From positions 9,676 through 73,675 of the forward strand of contig JBKJXU010000097.1 of NCBI GenBank assembly GCA_046716145.1: 64,000 bases of DNA, given 5' to 3'. The notes under the pieces were generated by a model. That model was not told the DNA's origin and did no database searches. It saw only the letters and a program-made list of their open reading frames with translations. How positions within the stretch are numbered: position 1 is the first letter of the stretch; every line of letters begins with the position of its first letter. Positions 40,265 through 48,575 of this stretch are shown one piece after another. The stretch comes from Actinomycetota bacterium (GTDB lineage: Bacteria; Actinomycetota; UBA4738; HRBIN12). The position numbers and the translations under genes were made by a program.

Positions 40265-40638
40265 CCGCTCACGTCCGCCAGGGTGATCTGATAGACCTTG
40301 CGGAGCGTTTCGTGCACCGTCCAGCGGGTCCGCGCCCCGCGCGCGAGCACCGCCATGTCGCCCGGTTCGACCTCCAAGGTCTCCCCGCCCTCGACCTCGA
40401 TGGTCGCCCTCCCGTGGACGACGATGAAGACCTCGTCTTGCTCCACGTCGATCACGGTGCCTTCCGTGATCTCCCACACGCCTCGGAGCACGCGGCCGTC
40501 GGCGGAGGACCAGAGCAGCGCTTCGGTCACCCTGGGCGAGCCTTCCAGCACGGTGGCGGGATCGAGGACGCCCTCATCCAGGACGAGGTCGGCGACGTGG
40601 ATCGCGAACGTGCTTCCGGGTCCGGCGGGCTCAGGCAC
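40261..40638 (-). CDS. cupin domain protein
   Basis: 125 aa; two-motif cupin pattern (DEVFIVVHGRATIEVEG...PGDMAVLARG). Confidence 0.65.
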   Translation of the reverse strand: MPEPAGPGSTFAIHVADLVLDEGVLDPATVLEGSPRVTEALLWSSADGRVLRGVWEITEGTVIDVEQDEVFIVVHGRATIEVEGGETLEVEPGDMAVLARGARTRWTVHETLRKVYQITLADVSG

Positions 40639-40695
40639 GCGCGAGAGGCTACCCCGAGATCTTGAGCTCCGACCGATCCGCTCGGTCGAGCTCCG

Positions 40696-41640
40696 TCAAA
40701 CCCCCTTGAGGTACGCGACCGTCTCCGCGAGCCCATCCTCGAGGTGGGTCCAAGGTTTCCATGCGATCGCGCTCGAGGCGCTCGCGATGTCCAGAGCGCT
40801 CCGGCGGAGCTCCCCGGACGGCAGCGCGCCGTGCTCGGGGTCGCCCGCGAACCCCGTGATGTCCGCGAGGAGGCGGTACAGACCGTTCACGCTGGTCTCG
40901 AGTCCCGTCCCGATGTTCACGGTCTTGCCCGAGCCACGATCCATCGCCTGGGCGAACGCGTGCACGACATCGTCCACGAACACGTAGTCCCGCGTCTGGT
41001 TGCCATCGCCGAAGATGACGGGGGTCTTCCCGGCGAGCATCGCCGAGGCGAACAGCGCGATCACGCCGGCCTCGCCGAACGGATCCTGGCGGGGTCCGTA
41101 GACGTTGGCCAACGCCAGGGCCGTGAAGTCCAGGCCCCGGTACCGCTGGAAGAAGGCGAGGTAGTCGAGGACCACCTTCTTCGAGACACCGTACGGGCTG
41201 AGGGGATGTGAGCTCTGGGCGGCCGATTCCTTCGCCGGGATCCGCTTGGGCTCGCCGTAGAGGGTTCCACCGCTCGCGGCGAAGACCACCTTGCGCACGC
41301 CCACCGCGTGTGCGCACGTCAGCAGGTTGAGCGTGCCCATGATGTTGACGCTGGCGTCGTGCGATGGATCCTCCAGCGAAGGCCGCACCCCCGCCTGGGC
41401 GGCGAGGTGGAAGACGACCTCGGGGCGATGACGCTCGAAGAGGGGAAGCAGGCCCTCGGCTCGCACGTCCATGTTGAAGAAGGTGTAGGCCTTGCCGTAG
41501 CCGCGAGCCTCCGCGAGGTTGGCGATCCGTCCCGTGGACAGGTCGTCCACCGCGATCACGCGATGGTCTTCAGCCAGGAGCCGGTCGGCCAGGTTGGAGC
41601 CGATGAACCCGGCCCCCCCGGTCACCAGGACGGTCGTCAC
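40696..41640 (-). CDS. NAD-dependent sugar epimerase/dehydratase (UDP-glucose 4-epimerase-like SDR)
   Basis: GTG 41640 overlapping tsaD stop; VLVTGGAGFIGS Rossmann motif, YxxxK (SPYGVSKK). Confidence 0.85.
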   Translation of the reverse strand: MTTVLVTGGAGFIGSNLADRLLAEDHRVIAVDDLSTGRIANLAEARGYGKAYTFFNMDVRAEGLLPLFERHRPEVVFHLAAQAGVRPSLEDPSHDASVNIMGTLNLLTCAHAVGVRKVVFAASGGTLYGEPKRIPAKESAAQSSHPLSPYGVSKKVVLDYLAFFQRYRGLDFTALALANVYGPRQDPFGEAGVIALFASAMLAGKTPVIFGDGNQTRDYVFVDDVVHAFAQAMDRGSGKTVNIGTGLETSVNGLYRLLADITGFAGDPEHGALPSGELRRSALDIASASSAIAWKPWTHLEDGLAETVAYLKGV

Positions 41641-42644
41641 GGCGCCAACCTTAGGTTGGGATCCGCGGCGATGTCCAACGAGGTTCGTTCCCCGCGAGCC
41701 AACCTCGCCGCCCCCACGCACGCGATCATCGCAGCGTTGTCCGTGCAGAGGTCGAGCGGCGGGACGAAGATCTGCAGGCCCGCGGCCGCTCCGTCGGCCA
41801 GGAGCCGCTCCCGCAGACGGCTGTTCGCGACGACTCCACCTCCGAGCAGGACCGTCCCGACGCCGCAGGTATGGGCCGCTTCGATGGTCTTGCTCACCTG
41901 TACGTCGACGATCGCCTCTTGGAACGACGCCGCGATGTCGGGCAGGTGAAGGTCTCTCCCCGCCGCCTGCTCGGCCTGCACGTACCGGAGCACGGCCGTC
42001 TTGAGGCCACTCAACGAGAAATCCAGGTCCGAGGAGCCTGCCATCGCGCGCGGGAACGCGATCGCCGCGGGGTCACCGTCGCGCGCCATCGCGTCGATGG
42101 CGGGACCACCGGGGAATCCGAGACCGAGGAGGCGGGCCACCTTGTCGAACGCCTCCCCGGCGGCGTCGTCGAGCGTCTGTCCCAGGAGCTCGTGATGGTG
42201 CACCTGCGCGACGTGGACGAGCATCGTGTGGCCGCCGCTCACGATGAGGGCGACGTAGGGGGGCTCGAGCATGCCGTGCACCAGGAAGTTGGCCCAGTAG
42301 TGCCCCTCCAGGTGGTTCACCCCGATCAACGGGACCCCGGTCGCGAGTGCGATCGACTTCGCCGCGGCCATCCCGACCAGCAACGCCCCCACCAAGCCCG
42401 GCCCGACGGTCACAGCCACCCCGTCCAGATCGCCGAAATCCACCTCAGCCGCGCCGAGGGCTTCTTCGAGCAGCGGGTTGAGCGCCTCGACGTGTGCCCT
42501 CGCGGCCACCTCCGGGACGACGCCCCCGAACCGTTCGTGCAGGTGCACCTGGGCCGCGATGAGGTTGGACCGGACGGTGGAGCCATCCTCCAGGACGGCG
42601 ACGGCGGTTTCGTCGCACGAGGTCTCGATGCCGAGGGTGATCAC
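41637..42644 (-). CDS. tsaD: tRNA N6-adenosine threonylcarbamoyltransferase TsaD
   Basis: ITLGIETSCDETAVAV..., HxxGH metal site (VNHLEGH); GTG start overlaps rimI stop; N-terminal Arg-rich extension of track ORF rejected. Confidence 0.9.
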   Translation of the reverse strand: MITLGIETSCDETAVAVLEDGSTVRSNLIAAQVHLHERFGGVVPEVAARAHVEALNPLLEEALGAAEVDFGDLDGVAVTVGPGLVGALLVGMAAAKSIALATGVPLIGVNHLEGHYWANFLVHGMLEPPYVALIVSGGHTMLVHVAQVHHHELLGQTLDDAAGEAFDKVARLLGLGFPGGPAIDAMARDGDPAAIAFPRAMAGSSDLDFSLSGLKTAVLRYVQAEQAAGRDLHLPDIAASFQEAIVDVQVSKTIEAAHTCGVGTVLLGGGVVANSRLRERLLADGAAAGLQIFVPPLDLCTDNAAMIACVGAARLARGERTSLDIAADPNLRLAP

Positions 42645-43135
42645 GCCGGGCGGACACCCACGGGCAGGGCACTCGCGATCCGTTGCATGCGCTCGCGGTA
42701 GGCCGGGGTGCGGATGTCGTCGGTCCACATGATCAGCGCGTCTTCGTGCAGCTCCGCGTAGTAGTTGCGCCGGATCCCCGCCGGGCGGAACCCGAAGCGG
42801 CCGTAGAGGCGTTGGGCGCGCCAGTTCGTGATGCGGACCTCGAGGGAGATCGCGTGACCGCCCAGACCGGTCGCCGCGTCGACCTGCTCCAGCAGGAGGC
42901 GGTGCGCCACGCCGTGTCCTTGCAGCATGGGGTCGACCGCGACGTTGGTGATGTGGGCCTCCTCGCCGTAGCAGATCAGACCGGCGTACCCCGCCACCTC
43001 GCGGTCGATCTTGGCCACCAGGTAGTTGCGGTTGCTGGGCTCGGTCATCTCGGCCACGAACAGGTTGGGGCTCCATGGGCGCGCGTACGCCTGGCGCTCG
43101 ATCGCCATCACGCCGCGCAGGTGACGGCGGCGCAT
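42641..43135 (-). CDS. rimI: ribosomal-protein-alanine N-acetyltransferase RimI (GNAT)
   Basis: GNAT motifs (ITNVAVDPMLQGHGVAHRLL), conserved position between tsaB and tsaD. Confidence 0.8.
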   Translation of the reverse strand: MRRRHLRGVMAIERQAYARPWSPNLFVAEMTEPSNRNYLVAKIDREVAGYAGLICYGEEAHITNVAVDPMLQGHGVAHRLLLEQVDAATGLGGHAISLEVRITNWRAQRLYGRFGFRPAGIRRNYYAELHEDALIMWTDDIRTPAYRERMQRIASALPVGVRPA

Positions 43136-43157
43136 CTTGGCGATCTCGAGCCGGGTG

Positions 43158-43853
43158 CTACCCGCTTCGGCGATCCCACGTGATCTCAGCATCGGACTTC
43201 CTCAGGTACATCGGCACGACCTCGTGAACCTTGTCGTGTTCTTCCCGGAGCAGGCGAGGCGCTGCGAGTTCGACCAGGGAGGCTGCGTCGGGGTGCGCAG
43301 ACGCCGCCGAGCCGAACTCGACGTGCCCCCCCACCTCGCGGAGCACGTCTCGGTACAGGATGGCACCGTCGCCGACCGCGAGCACATCGCCCGGGATCGC
43401 CTGGAGTGCAGCGGCCAGATGCTCGGGCCGGGCCACCTCGGGCTCGGTCTGTCGCATGAGTCCCCCCGGCACCGCCCGGTAGAAAGCGAAGAAGACCTCG
43501 CCGCGCCGGCCGTCGATCACGGCGGCCACGGTCCTGTGGGTGAACCGATGCGGGTAGGCGAGCGCGTCGATGCTCGGGATCGCCACGATCGGTGTCTTCG
43601 TCACCTGTGCCAACGTCTTCGCCGTCTGCACCCCGACGCGCAGCCCCGTGAACAAGCCGGGGCCGATACCGACCGCGAACCCGGCGATCTGCGACATCTC
43701 GAGCCCGGTCCATGCGAGGAGCTGCTGCAGCACCGGGGTGACAGACTCCTGCCGCGCTTTGCCCGCCACCTGGATGCGTCCGAGCATCCTCTGCTCATCA
43801 CCGATGGCGACCGACACCTGCGGCGTCGAGGTATCGATCCCGACGACGTTCAC
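43158..43853 (-). CDS. tsaB: tRNA threonylcarbamoyladenosine biosynthesis protein TsaB
   Basis: YeaZ-like (VNVVGIDTSTPQVSVAIG...); GTG 43853 overlaps tsaE stop. Confidence 0.8.
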   Translation of the reverse strand: MNVVGIDTSTPQVSVAIGDEQRMLGRIQVAGKARQESVTPVLQQLLAWTGLEMSQIAGFAVGIGPGLFTGLRVGVQTAKTLAQVTKTPIVAIPSIDALAYPHRFTHRTVAAVIDGRRGEVFFAFYRAVPGGLMRQTEPEVARPEHLAAALQAIPGDVLAVGDGAILYRDVLREVGGHVEFGSAASAHPDAASLVELAAPRLLREEHDKVHEVVPMYLRKSDAEITWDRRSG

Positions 43854-44347
43854 GCCGGGACCTCCCACGCGCGCAAGGATGACCGGAGTCGGTCCCACCG
43901 CTTCACCCAGGAGGGTCCCTCCGCGCACAGTTCGATCCGCCGGTCCTCGCTCAGGGGGTCGGGCGCGGTGAGCTCGACGCGCAGATGCTCCCCCGGCAGC
44001 AGGTCCTCGATCGCGTCACCCCACTCGACGATGATCACGCCGGTCATGCCCCCGTCGAGCTCCTCCAGCGCCAGGTCGACGACATCCTGCATCTGCCGCA
44101 GGCGGTACACGTCGACGTGGGCAACGGGCAGACGGCCACTCAGGTACTCGCGCACGAGCGTGAACGTCGGGGACTGGACGTGCTCCGACGCGCCGAGTCC
44201 TTCGGCGATGCCTCGCGTCAGCGTCGTCTTTCCAGCACCGAGGTCACCGGTCAACACCAGGACGTCACGGGGCTCGAGCAGGTCTGCCAAGGCCGCCCCG
44301 GCCTCGCGGGTGGCAGCGGCGCTCACCGTCGATGCGACCATCTCCAT
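43850..44347 (-). CDS. tsaE: tRNA threonylcarbamoyladenosine biosynthesis ATPase TsaE
   Basis: Walker A GDLGAGKTTL; 165 aa from Met 44347. Confidence 0.8.
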   Translation of the reverse strand: MEMVASTVSAAATREAGAALADLLEPRDVLVLTGDLGAGKTTLTRGIAEGLGASEHVQSPTFTLVREYLSGRLPVAHVDVYRLRQMQDVVDLALEELDGGMTGVIIVEWGDAIEDLLPGEHLRVELTAPDPLSEDRRIELCAEGPSWVKRWDRLRSSLRAWEVPA

Positions 44348-44991
44348 CAGAACAACTCCAGTTGCTCGTCGGGGGGCACGTCGTCGTTCGGAGCCTGGGC
44401 CGCGACCGGATCGGCCGCGAGTGCTGCCGCGCGATCCAGGGTTCGCCGGATCAGGTCGAAGTCCTCGCGAAGGTCCTGGAACTGTCGGCTCTTCTCGCCG
44501 CCGCCCCGCAAGATGGCAGCGGGATGGAACGTGGGGATCACCTGCCGTCCCTGCCACGGATACACCGACCCGCGCATCGACGTGATCCCTCGCTGGGTCT
44601 GCAGCACGAACTTCGTGGCGAAATTCCCGAGCGTGACGAGGACGTTCGGCTGGATCAACGAGATCTGCTCCACGAGCCATGGGGTGCAGGCTTCGATCTC
44701 GCCGGGCAGCGGGTCCCGGTTGCCGGGTGGCCGGCACTTGATGACGTTGGCGATGTAGGCGTCGGCTCTACGCAGGCCGATCTCGCCGAGCATCCGCGTG
44801 AGCAGCTGGCCGGCCGCACCCACGAACGGCTCCCCCTGCCGGTCCTCGTGCATGCCGGGTGCTTCTCCGATGAACATCAGATCCGCCTGAGGATCCCCGG
44901 CACCGAAGACCACCTGCGTGCGCGTGCCCGCCAGCGCGCATCGCGTACAGCCCGCGGCCTCGGCGGCTGCTGCAGCCAGTGGGCGCGTCAT
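44347..44991 (-). CDS. uracil-DNA glycosylase, family 4 (Fe-S type)
   Basis: Cys cluster CTRCAL..., GEAPG motif (FIGEAPGMHEDRQGEPFVGAAGQLL), HPAAILR region. Confidence 0.8.
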   Translation of the reverse strand: MTRPLAAAAAEAAGCTRCALAGTRTQVVFGAGDPQADLMFIGEAPGMHEDRQGEPFVGAAGQLLTRMLGEIGLRRADAYIANVIKCRPPGNRDPLPGEIEACTPWLVEQISLIQPNVLVTLGNFATKFVLQTQRGITSMRGSVYPWQGRQVIPTFHPAAILRGGGEKSRQFQDLREDFDLIRRTLDRAAALAADPVAAQAPNDDVPPDEQLELF

Positions 44992-46088
44992 CCGACGTAC
45001 TCCCGCGGCACCCGGGCGCCCACGCCCGTGAGGACCTCGTAGCCGATGGTGCCGGCCCACCCAGCCACGTCCCAGGCATCGATCCGCTCATCACCCTGCC
45101 GGCCGAGCAAGACCACCTCATCACCGGGCGCGGCGCGGCGCTCGCCCAGGTCGACCATCATCTGATCCATCGTCACGGTGCCGGCCACGGTCCGGCGTTC
45201 ACCACCGACCAGCACGCTCGCGCTCCCCGATGCAGGTCTGGGGTAGCCGTCCGCGTACCCGACCGGGAGCGTGGCGACCCAGCCGTCGGCGGGCATGGCG
45301 TAGCGCAGGTTGTACGAGAGTCGCTCCCCGGCGCGGAGCCGCTTGACAGAGGCGACCCCCGTGCGCCAGGAGAGCGCGGGCTCGAGCCCCAGGTCCGCTC
45401 CGACGCCCGGCGCGGGAGGCACCCCGTACAGCGCGATGCCCGAGCGGACCATGTCGAAGTGGGTCTCGGGATGCAGGATCGTCGCGGCGCTGTTCGCAGC
45501 GTGCACGATGCTGGGTCCCACACCCGCAGCGCGGGCGGCATCGACCACCGAGGTGAACAGTGCCAACTGCGCGGCCGTGGTTCCCGGATCGTCCTCGCTG
45601 GAGGCGAAGTGTGTCCAGAGGCCCTCCACGTCCAGCCCCTGCTCGCGAACCCGTAGCAGGAACGCGACGGCGTCCTCCGCCGGCCACACACCCACCCGAT
45701 GCATCCCCGTGTCGACCTTGACATGCACGGCGATCGGAGCGCCGCGAGCGGCCGCAGCGAGTCGTGCGAGCGCGGTCTCGGTGTAGATGGTCGGTGTGAG
45801 GCGCGCCGCGACCGCGAGCGCCTCGGCGCCGGGCGGCGCCTCCGAGAGCAGCAGGATAGGCGCCTCGAGTCCTGCTTCACGCAGGGCGAGGCCCTCTTCC
45901 ACGAGAGCGACAGCGAGCCAGGTCGCGCCGCCCTGTAGCGCCGCGCGCGCCACCTGCGCCGCGCCGTGGCCATAGCCGTCGGCCTTCACGACGGCCATCA
46001 GTCCTGCGCCTGCCGGCTTGAGCACGCCCGCGTTGTGCCGGATCGCTCCGAGGTCCACCACCGCGACGGTAGCGCGCAGCCTCGTCAT
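44988..46088 (-). CDS. alr: alanine racemase
   Basis: PLP-Lys region AVVKADGYGHG, C-terminal alr domain; ATGA overlap with nnr stop. Confidence 0.9.
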   Translation of the reverse strand: MTRLRATVAVVDLGAIRHNAGVLKPAGAGLMAVVKADGYGHGAAQVARAALQGGATWLAVALVEEGLALREAGLEAPILLLSEAPPGAEALAVAARLTPTIYTETALARLAAAARGAPIAVHVKVDTGMHRVGVWPAEDAVAFLLRVREQGLDVEGLWTHFASSEDDPGTTAAQLALFTSVVDAARAAGVGPSIVHAANSAATILHPETHFDMVRSGIALYGVPPAPGVGADLGLEPALSWRTGVASVKRLRAGERLSYNLRYAMPADGWVATLPVGYADGYPRPASGSASVLVGGERRTVAGTVTMDQMMVDLGERRAAPGDEVVLLGRQGDERIDAWDVAGWAGTIGYEVLTGVGARVPREYVG

Positions 46089-47533
46089 GCCTGTCGCCTC
46101 ACCGCGGCGATCGCCTCGGGCAGACGGTCTGCGACATCGCCCGCCACGGCGCCTTCGCCTTCGTCCCTGCCCGCGTAGGTCCCCGCGAGCCCATGGACAT
46201 AGGCCCCGGCCCACGCCGCGTCGAACGGCGTCAGCCCGCGCGCCAGGAGCCCAGCGATCGCACCCGTCAGCACGTCCCCCGTCCCCGCGGTCGCGAGCGC
46301 CGGTGTTCCCGTGACGTTGATCCGCGCTCGTCCTGCGGGCTCGGCGATGACGGAGCGGGCGCCCTTGACGAGCGCGACGGCGTTCGTCACCTGGGCGAGC
46401 GATCGTGCGGCACGCAGCGAGTCCTCGTCGCCCACGCCGAGGCGAGCGGCCTCGCCACGGTGAGGCGTCACCACGGCATCCGCCTTCCTGTCGGCCAGTG
46501 CGGATGCCTCCCCTGCGAACGCGTTCAGGCCGGCGGCGTCGAGCACGACGGGGACCGGCGCCTCACGCAGGAGCGCGCGGATGAACGCCCGGGTCGAGGG
46601 GTGGGCCGACAGACCCGGACCGACGGCGAGCGCGTGCACGCCCGCGGCAGCGCGCTCGAGCACCACATCGAGCGCCCGCTCGTCCACGGTGCCCTCCTCC
46701 GTCTCGGCCAGGGGGAGCGTGACGGCCTCCGGCAACCCGGCGGCGCATCGCTCCAGGGCCGACGCCGGGGCCGCCATGACCACGTACCCCGCTCCCACCC
46801 GCAGGGCGGCCCCGGCGACCAACCGCGCGGCCCCGGGCATCGCGCGGGAACCGGCCACCACCATGACCACCCCGCTCCGCTTCTTGTGCGCGTCCATCTC
46901 GCGTTCGCCGATCGCCATATGCACGTCGTCAGGCTCGGTGAGGCCCACCGCGCGCGGGATGAGGTCGTCGGGGAACCCGATGTCGACGACCCGCAGGTCC
47001 CCCACGAGCGCCGCACCGGGCATGAGCACGGCGCCGAGCTTCGGCGCCCCGAAGGTGACGGTCAGTCGGGCCGCCACGGCCGGACCGGGGACCGCGCCGG
47101 TCGCCCCGTCGACGCCGCTCGGGATGTCGACCGCGATCACGGGGCATGGCGCACCGCCGAGCACCTCGATCGCGTCCGCCCACTCTCCCGCAGGAGCACC
47201 GCGGAACCCGGTTCCGAAGATCGCGTCGACCCCCAGGTCGGCCCGCGCGAGCTCCCGGACGAGGATCCGGACGTCCGCGCCCGGCAGCCGCACCACCGAG
47301 ACCTTCATCCCCCAGCGCGTCAGATGCCTCGCGGCCACGACACCGTCGGCGCCGTTGTTCCCCTTCCCGCTAACGATCACGGCTCGACGACCGTACGTGC
47401 CACCGGCCACGTCTGCCGCGGCCCGGGCCACCGCCCACCCGGCGCGCTCCCGGAGCGTCTCGGCGTCGATACCTCGCCCCTGCGTGGCGATATCCAGCTC
47501 CTCGGCCTCCGCCGGACTCATGACCGGGCGCAT
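46085..47533 (-). CDS. nnr: bifunctional NAD(P)H-hydrate repair enzyme Nnr (epimerase + ADP-dependent dehydratase)
   Basis: YjeF-N (SGKGNNGADG) and YjeF-C carbohydrate kinase domains. Confidence 0.85.
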   Translation of the reverse strand: MRPVMSPAEAEELDIATQGRGIDAETLRERAGWAVARAAADVAGGTYGRRAVIVSGKGNNGADGVVAARHLTRWGMKVSVVRLPGADVRILVRELARADLGVDAIFGTGFRGAPAGEWADAIEVLGGAPCPVIAVDIPSGVDGATGAVPGPAVAARLTVTFGAPKLGAVLMPGAALVGDLRVVDIGFPDDLIPRAVGLTEPDDVHMAIGEREMDAHKKRSGVVMVVAGSRAMPGAARLVAGAALRVGAGYVVMAAPASALERCAAGLPEAVTLPLAETEEGTVDERALDVVLERAAAGVHALAVGPGLSAHPSTRAFIRALLREAPVPVVLDAAGLNAFAGEASALADRKADAVVTPHRGEAARLGVGDEDSLRAARSLAQVTNAVALVKGARSVIAEPAGRARINVTGTPALATAGTGDVLTGAIAGLLARGLTPFDAAWAGAYVHGLAGTYAGRDEGEGAVAGDVADRLPEAIAAVRRQA

Positions 47534-47534
47534 G

Positions 47535-47909
47535 TCAGTCCCGCACCGCCACCGCGAACGCCACCGCGTTCGTCTTCTCGTGGGTGAACGTGATCAAGAT
47601 CCGCGTGACCCCCAGCGCCTCGGCACGCGCTTTCGCATTGCCGGCCAGGGCGATGGAGGGGGCGCCGCTCGGATGCCGGGTCACGCTGATGTCCTGCCAC
47701 AGCTTGCCGCGATAGCCTCCGAGCGCCTTGATCGTGGCCTCCCGGGCAGCGAATCGACCCGCGTAGGACTCCGCCGGACGGGCCTTCGAGTCGCAGTAGG
47801 CGATCTCCTCGGACGTGAACACGCGAGCGCGCATGCTCGGATGACGGCCGAGGGCTTGCTCCATCCGCGCGATCTCACAGATGTCGACGCCGAGTCCCGC
47901 GATGTCCAC
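47535..47909 (-). CDS. acpS: holo-[acyl-carrier-protein] synthase
   Basis: 124 aa; GVDICEIARM..., 4'-phosphopantetheinyl transferase fold. Confidence 0.85.
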   Translation of the reverse strand: MDIAGLGVDICEIARMEQALGRHPSMRARVFTSEEIAYCDSKARPAESYAGRFAAREATIKALGGYRGKLWQDISVTRHPSGAPSIALAGNAKARAEALGVTRILITFTHEKTNAVAFAVAVRD

Positions 47910-47942
47910 GATGCCAAGGCTAGCGGCTCGCGGCCGCCGGTC

Positions 47943-48572
47943 CTATCCCGCCTGCTCCGGCGGCGGAGCCTCCTCGGGCAGGGACGCCGTACCGACCCGC
48001 CGGGCTCGCCGGAGGCCGGCGAGGGTCGACCCTCCGATCAGCGCGGCCGCGGCGAGCGCCCCGAGGCCCACGACCTGCCACCACGCGAGAAGTGCGTCGT
48101 CCTCCGCGTCGGTGCCCACGACCGGGGGGGGCTGCGTGGGCGCGATGGCGTCCGGATCGGGCGGGCGCGGCGTCCCCCCCAGCCGCCGCACGTCATCGAC
48201 GCTCAGCATCGAGCAGAGGCTCTGCGACAATCGGCCCGGCGCATCCTCCTCGAGCACCATGGCCACCTCGTGGCCACCGGAGAACAACACCGAGCACGTA
48301 TCCACGATCCCGGGGCCTATCGCCGCATACACCTCGATCTCGGGCGGGAGCGTTCCGACGAACACCTCATCCACCCGGACACGCTGGATCGTGCCGTCCT
48401 GCACGAGCCGATCGCCGACCACCTCGCCCACGAGGACCGCGTCGGCACCCCGGAGGATCTTCCCCGCCGGCCGGGAGACGCAGGAACACGCGGACGCCGG
48501 TGTGATGACGATCGCGAGTGATGCCACCGAGAACACCAGAGCGATCACCAGCCGCGCGATCCGACGCCGCAT
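47943..48572 (-). CDS. hypothetical exported/membrane-anchored protein
   Basis: N-terminal signal/TM, Cys-containing SACSC region, C-terminal TM and Pro-rich tail. Confidence 0.4.
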   Translation of the reverse strand: MRRRIARLVIALVFSVASLAIVITPASACSCVSRPAGKILRGADAVLVGEVVGDRLVQDGTIQRVRVDEVFVGTLPPEIEVYAAIGPGIVDTCSVLFSGGHEVAMVLEEDAPGRLSQSLCSMLSVDDVRRLGGTPRPPDPDAIAPTQPPPVVGTDAEDDALLAWWQVVGLGALAAAALIGGSTLAGLRRARRVGTASLPEEAPPPEQAG

Positions 48573-48575
48573 GGC

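Noticed and set aside
46581-48521. 646-aa plus-strand ORF
   Set aside because: Antisense to nnr, acpS and the membrane-anchored protein gene. Ser/Ala/Arg/Pro-rich junk translation.
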